Shown one piece after another: positions 1 through 64,000 of a DNA stretch of 64,000 nucleotides. Source of the DNA: Tubiluchus corallicola (taxonomy: Eukaryota; Animalia; Priapulida); the NCBI GenBank assembly GCA_030141605.1, contig JAQGDQ010000339.1, positions 1 to 64,000 of the forward strand, given 5' to 3'. Below the pieces are notes generated by a model. That model saw nothing but the letters and a program-made list of their open reading frames with translations, ran no database searches and was not told the origin of the DNA. Positions within the stretch are counted from its first letter, which is position 1; the number at the start of each line of letters is the position of its first letter. A program made the position numbers and the translations under genes.

Positions 1-486
1 ACAACTTATTCATGGAGGCCAGAAAAAAGTCACAATTTTAGCTAGGAAAGACAATCAGTTATTCAAACAAGAATATTCAAGTCAATCACAATTTCTAAGG
101 TGCTGATAAAGATGCGTGGAAAAGAAAAGCATCTACCGAATTTTGAAATTTTTTGCTAATCTGTTTCGGAATAATTTTTAGGCATGGCAAGCCGATTTGA
201 GTTGCTTTTTTGAAACTTTGTTTTTCGGTGCATGTAAACAGAGTGCTCAGTTCAAATTGGCTGTGCATTCATATGAGTGTCAAACATGGCGATTTCCTCG
301 TAGTAATGCGCTAGTGAAAACTATTAGATTTGGTGTTCAGTTGCTTCTCTGACATCCAGATTAAGTTTAAATGACACTGTAAACATACAGTTTTCGGTAA
401 GCTATGTTCAAATATTACTGGCAATGACTCGACCTATGTATTGCATAGGTATTAGCAGTATTATTAGATTTACTGTTAGTTATGTA

Positions 487-1309
487 CAGTAAGTTCTTGC
501 TTAGCAACTACCCGCTTAGCAACGTTTCGTTTTAATGGTGCTGAACATTTGGCACCTTTTCCTCACAAAACGATGCATGTTTCATTTTAACGAGGATTTT
601 TTTACTTTGCTTAAAGTCATTTTTTATTTGATCAACAAATTCTTTACCCGATTTGAATAATTTAAAACAGTACATACTGCGTTATCCTATTCTAAATACA
701 CACTAGTAATATAAAAAGTATGATTATTATAATAAATGATAGCTGTTTGTATCGAGGGTAGTTTGACCTAGTTTTGATTTATATGTCTCCAGGCACCTGA
801 ATGCAAACTTTATGTGAAGGAATTTTGCCTGTAACCTGTTCCTATAGCAACCAGTCTGTGTACATCTAGATGAAATTATCTCAAGGTCACCACAGTGCTT
901 GGCTTTAACTAGGCAGTGTTTAACAGCTAAGTGTGTAGGTTTCAACGTTAACGAAAAAGAAACAGCTGACTAGTAGGCACTGGTAAGAAAGATAGGTGGT
1001 TTCAAGCAAGCAGAAAGAAATTAATCAGTAGAAATATGAATAAAACTCATAAAACGTTTAACTTAACTTGAAATGTTTAAAGCAGCATTGATTTTTGGCT
1101 CTGGAATGTATCTCAATTCTTTACATTACTTTCTATGGAAGTCTTGGCTATCTCAATTCTTTTGCTTTACGTTCTATGGCAGTCTTGGGTACCTCAATTA
1201 TTTTACATTACTTTCTTTGGAAGTCTTGGCTGTGCTTAACAATGTTTCGCTTAATGTCACGTTTTGCTGGAACACCTTAGCGTCGTTAAACTTAAGCGAG
1301 CATTTACTG
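487..1309 (+). mobile_element. Non-autonomous pogo/Tc1-mariner-like element, family P1 (older copy)
   Basis: TA|CAGTAAGTTCTTGCTTAG ... CTTAAGCGAGCATTTACTG|TA imperfect TIRs; first ~200 bp align with the copy at 58433. Confidence 0.7.
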
Positions 1310-1666
1310 TACCTCATAGTTTTTTGAACTTCTGAATTCTGGCAAACATTTTATTTCACCCGATGCCTTCGGGCAAACATTTTATTTCACCTGATGCCTT
1401 CGGCTGCTGAGGTAATGAGCCTATACAAGCTAACTTTTCTGGTTGTGCACTCGCGTGTTTGTCTAAAATGTGCCCCGTTGGGAAATTGACCTTGTCCATA
1501 GTGGACGTCGAGCAATTTATAACTTATTTTGGAGCAGACTTACAACTAAAATTGAAGCGTAGAGATGTCTATTATGTTAACTGCAAGCAGGAATTGAGGG
1601 ACTAAGTGTGACAATCATAATTTCGATACATCAACATCTCAGCGTAACTCGTCTTTGAAAGGTGTA

Positions 1667-2126
1667 CAGTGTTCCCTCACTTATCGCGGGTGTTCCATTC
1701 CAGGCCCACCCGCGATAAGTGAATTTCTGCGAACTAGGGACATTACACTTATTTAATACTTACACGTTTGGGTGGCATCGTAGGGCTTGACTAAATTCGG
1801 TTTCTAACGAAAATTTCACAAATAGCGTACAAGAAAACAAATTGCATGGTACCTGAGCCAATCAGCGACTGGGATACAGAGCAGCATTCTCTGGTTGGTC
1901 GCTTTCCATCAATCAACCAATCGTGTGTTGTGTAAAATCTCACGTCGGCAAGTAGCATCTCAAGCGGGCGCAAGTACTACATTTTGTTTTTAGTGTGTAT
2001 TCATCCGCCTAATAAATACATTATTTACTGTGAATGGTAATTTTTTATGATTTATAATATTCTTTGAAAACCCGCGAAACAGCGAGTCCGTGATAAACGA
2101 AATTGCGAAGTAGCGAGGGAACACTG
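1667..2126 (+). mobile_element. pogo/Tigger-like MITE, family P2
   Basis: TA|CAGTGTTCCCTC ... GAGGGAACACTG|TA; closely similar second copy at 62863-63309. Confidence 0.9.
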
Positions 2127-2829
2127 TACTGACAAATCTAGAGAATTTTGAGAGGTTAAACAATCAGCGCCAGGGCCGTCATGTTGTTTTCTCATGACCA
2201 TCCTCAGACAGCAAGAGCAAGACTCTCCTGTTTTGAAGAAATGAATGACCAAGCTGACCATGTCATCATCCTAGCATTTGCAATTCAAGGAACTTGTCAA
2301 TATATGATTCACTCTGATCTAAGACAAAAAATGGCAAACGTGATTTTTGCAAAATGTGGTTTTTAGTGAAGTAGTAAGGAAACAGTTCTTTGAGGAAGGA
2401 GGATCAAGGGCATTTGGCAAAAAGAGTTGGTCAATCTGATTGTTGCAGTATGATCAAGTTATTTCCTTGAACCACCACTTCTGCACGTGTTTTTGATTTA
2501 GCTGTCATGGTGATTTTGCAACTCATGTCTTTGAAATTTGCAGCAGTTTTAGATGGCTTGTGCCAGACACTTTATTTCAATTTGAAAAGTAAACGATGAG
2601 CCCATCTTCAGTCGTCAAAACTCGGCTAACTACAAAATAATTGTAACTGTCATAAACATCAGTTTTACTAGTACCTGAAATGAAGCAACAATCAGTAAGC
2701 AAATAGTTAACTACCAACTATATATGTACCATATGCCAAACGATGGCACAAGTTTCTCTCTGAACATCATTATACTGATGTGAGTTTTTATTGCATTGTT
2801 AGTCTTTAAAGTGAGAGACGCAACAATAG

Positions 2830-3195
2830 TTTGTTTAAAAATTGATTGCTCTGCCTTTGTTATTAAAATTCATTTTATAACTTATTGTTCTGCATTTGTT
2901 GTTAAATTTTATTTTATAATTGATTATGCTGTATTTGTTATTAAAGTTTGCTTTATAATTGATTGTGCTGCATTTGTTATTAAAGTTTGCTTTATAATTG
3001 ATTGTGCTGCATTTGTTGTTAAAGTTTGTTTTGTAATTGGTTATGCTGCATTTGTTGTTAAAGTTTGTTTTTAACTGATTGTGTTGTGTATATCAATAAA
3101 GTTTGTTTTATAAGTGATTGTGTTGTGTTTGTTATTAGAATTTGTTTCATAACTGATTTTGCTGTGTTTGCTATTAAAGTTTGTTTGAATACTGG
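2830..3195 (+). repeat. Degenerate 39-bp minisatellite (~9 copies) just upstream of exon 1
   Basis: unit ~TTGATTGTGCTGCATTTGTTATTAAAGTTTGCTTTATAA; explains ORF 2796..3074. Confidence 0.85.
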
Positions 3196-3259
3196 TTGTT
3201 CTAAGTTTGCTTCATAACTGTTTGTGCTGTGTAAGTGTGTATTTCTTATTATTTTACAG

Positions 3260-63431
<60,172 letters not shown>

Positions 63432-64000
63432 GTGGGTAATATTAGACATGTCTTGCTTCGCTTTCGTGTAAAGTGTTGTGTTTTTTTCGATAATGAAATA
63501 TGATATCAGATTTTAAAATTAAGTAAACATTGGGTAATTCCTTCAGGACCGTAAGATTTTGCTGCATTTTGCACATGTGAGTTCATGAAAAACTGCTCTC
63601 ACTAAACAGCGATTACATTATATGTGGTAATTTTTGTAGGCTTCTACTCCTCACACAGTAGATTTTCATGCAAAATTATGTAGAAATTGCACTAGCTTAC
63701 CTTTGACAAATTAAAAATCGGTTTTTGACGAAAAAATTGAAAAAAGCCTTCAGTAATTACAGTATTTGCACTGTAACAATGTACAGTATCACTTGTGTGA
63801 ATTGGCTAAAACAGAAAATTTTAACTATCCAGACACAACATTCTGATATACTTTGACCTCAAGTCTGCTCTATTTTTAAGGAGAAATTCCTGTTAAAAGG
63901 TGAAACAACCTTAATTTCTCCTTGGCTGATTGGTTAGTTTTTCCTGGAATAGCAGCAGAACACTCCACAGCTTGGGCTGTAGTAAGAAGGTGATCTATAA

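Overview
AT-rich, intron-rich animal (invertebrate) genomic DNA. The whole window lies inside one + strand gene encoding liprin-alpha (PPFIA / C. elegans syd-2 family, a presynaptic active-zone scaffold). I traced 23 GT-AG coding exons from 3260 to 63431 (3273 nt, 1091 codons). They join in frame without a stop and give N-terminal coiled coils (LH1/LH2), an S/P-rich linker and three SAM domains. The true first coding exon probably lies upstream of the window and the last exon(s) downstream. Introns are filled with minisatellites (21-74 bp units), microsatellites, non-autonomous DNA transposons (pogo/Tc1-mariner-like with TA TSD, hAT-like with 8-bp TSD, Kolobok-like and piggyBac-like with TTAA TSD), tRNA-derived SINE-like sequences, and decayed LINE, Harbinger and possibly DIRS remnants. 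Almost all ORFs in the supplied track outside the exons are repeat artefacts. I see no nested intact gene, CRISPR array or clearly new multi-gene system. The most interesting signals concern splicing: tandem arrays that copy real splice donors (exons 8 and 13), a duplicated exon whose acceptor is dead (exon 14), a satellite of about 40 units that mostly carry a CAG|GTAA(G) donor motif with a higher-order repeat, inverted transposon pairs bracketing frame-preserving exon blocks (circRNA candidates), and candidate alternative exons in the 17.5-kb intron. Exon numbers are window-relative. Repeat boundaries without TIR/TSD evidence are approximate.
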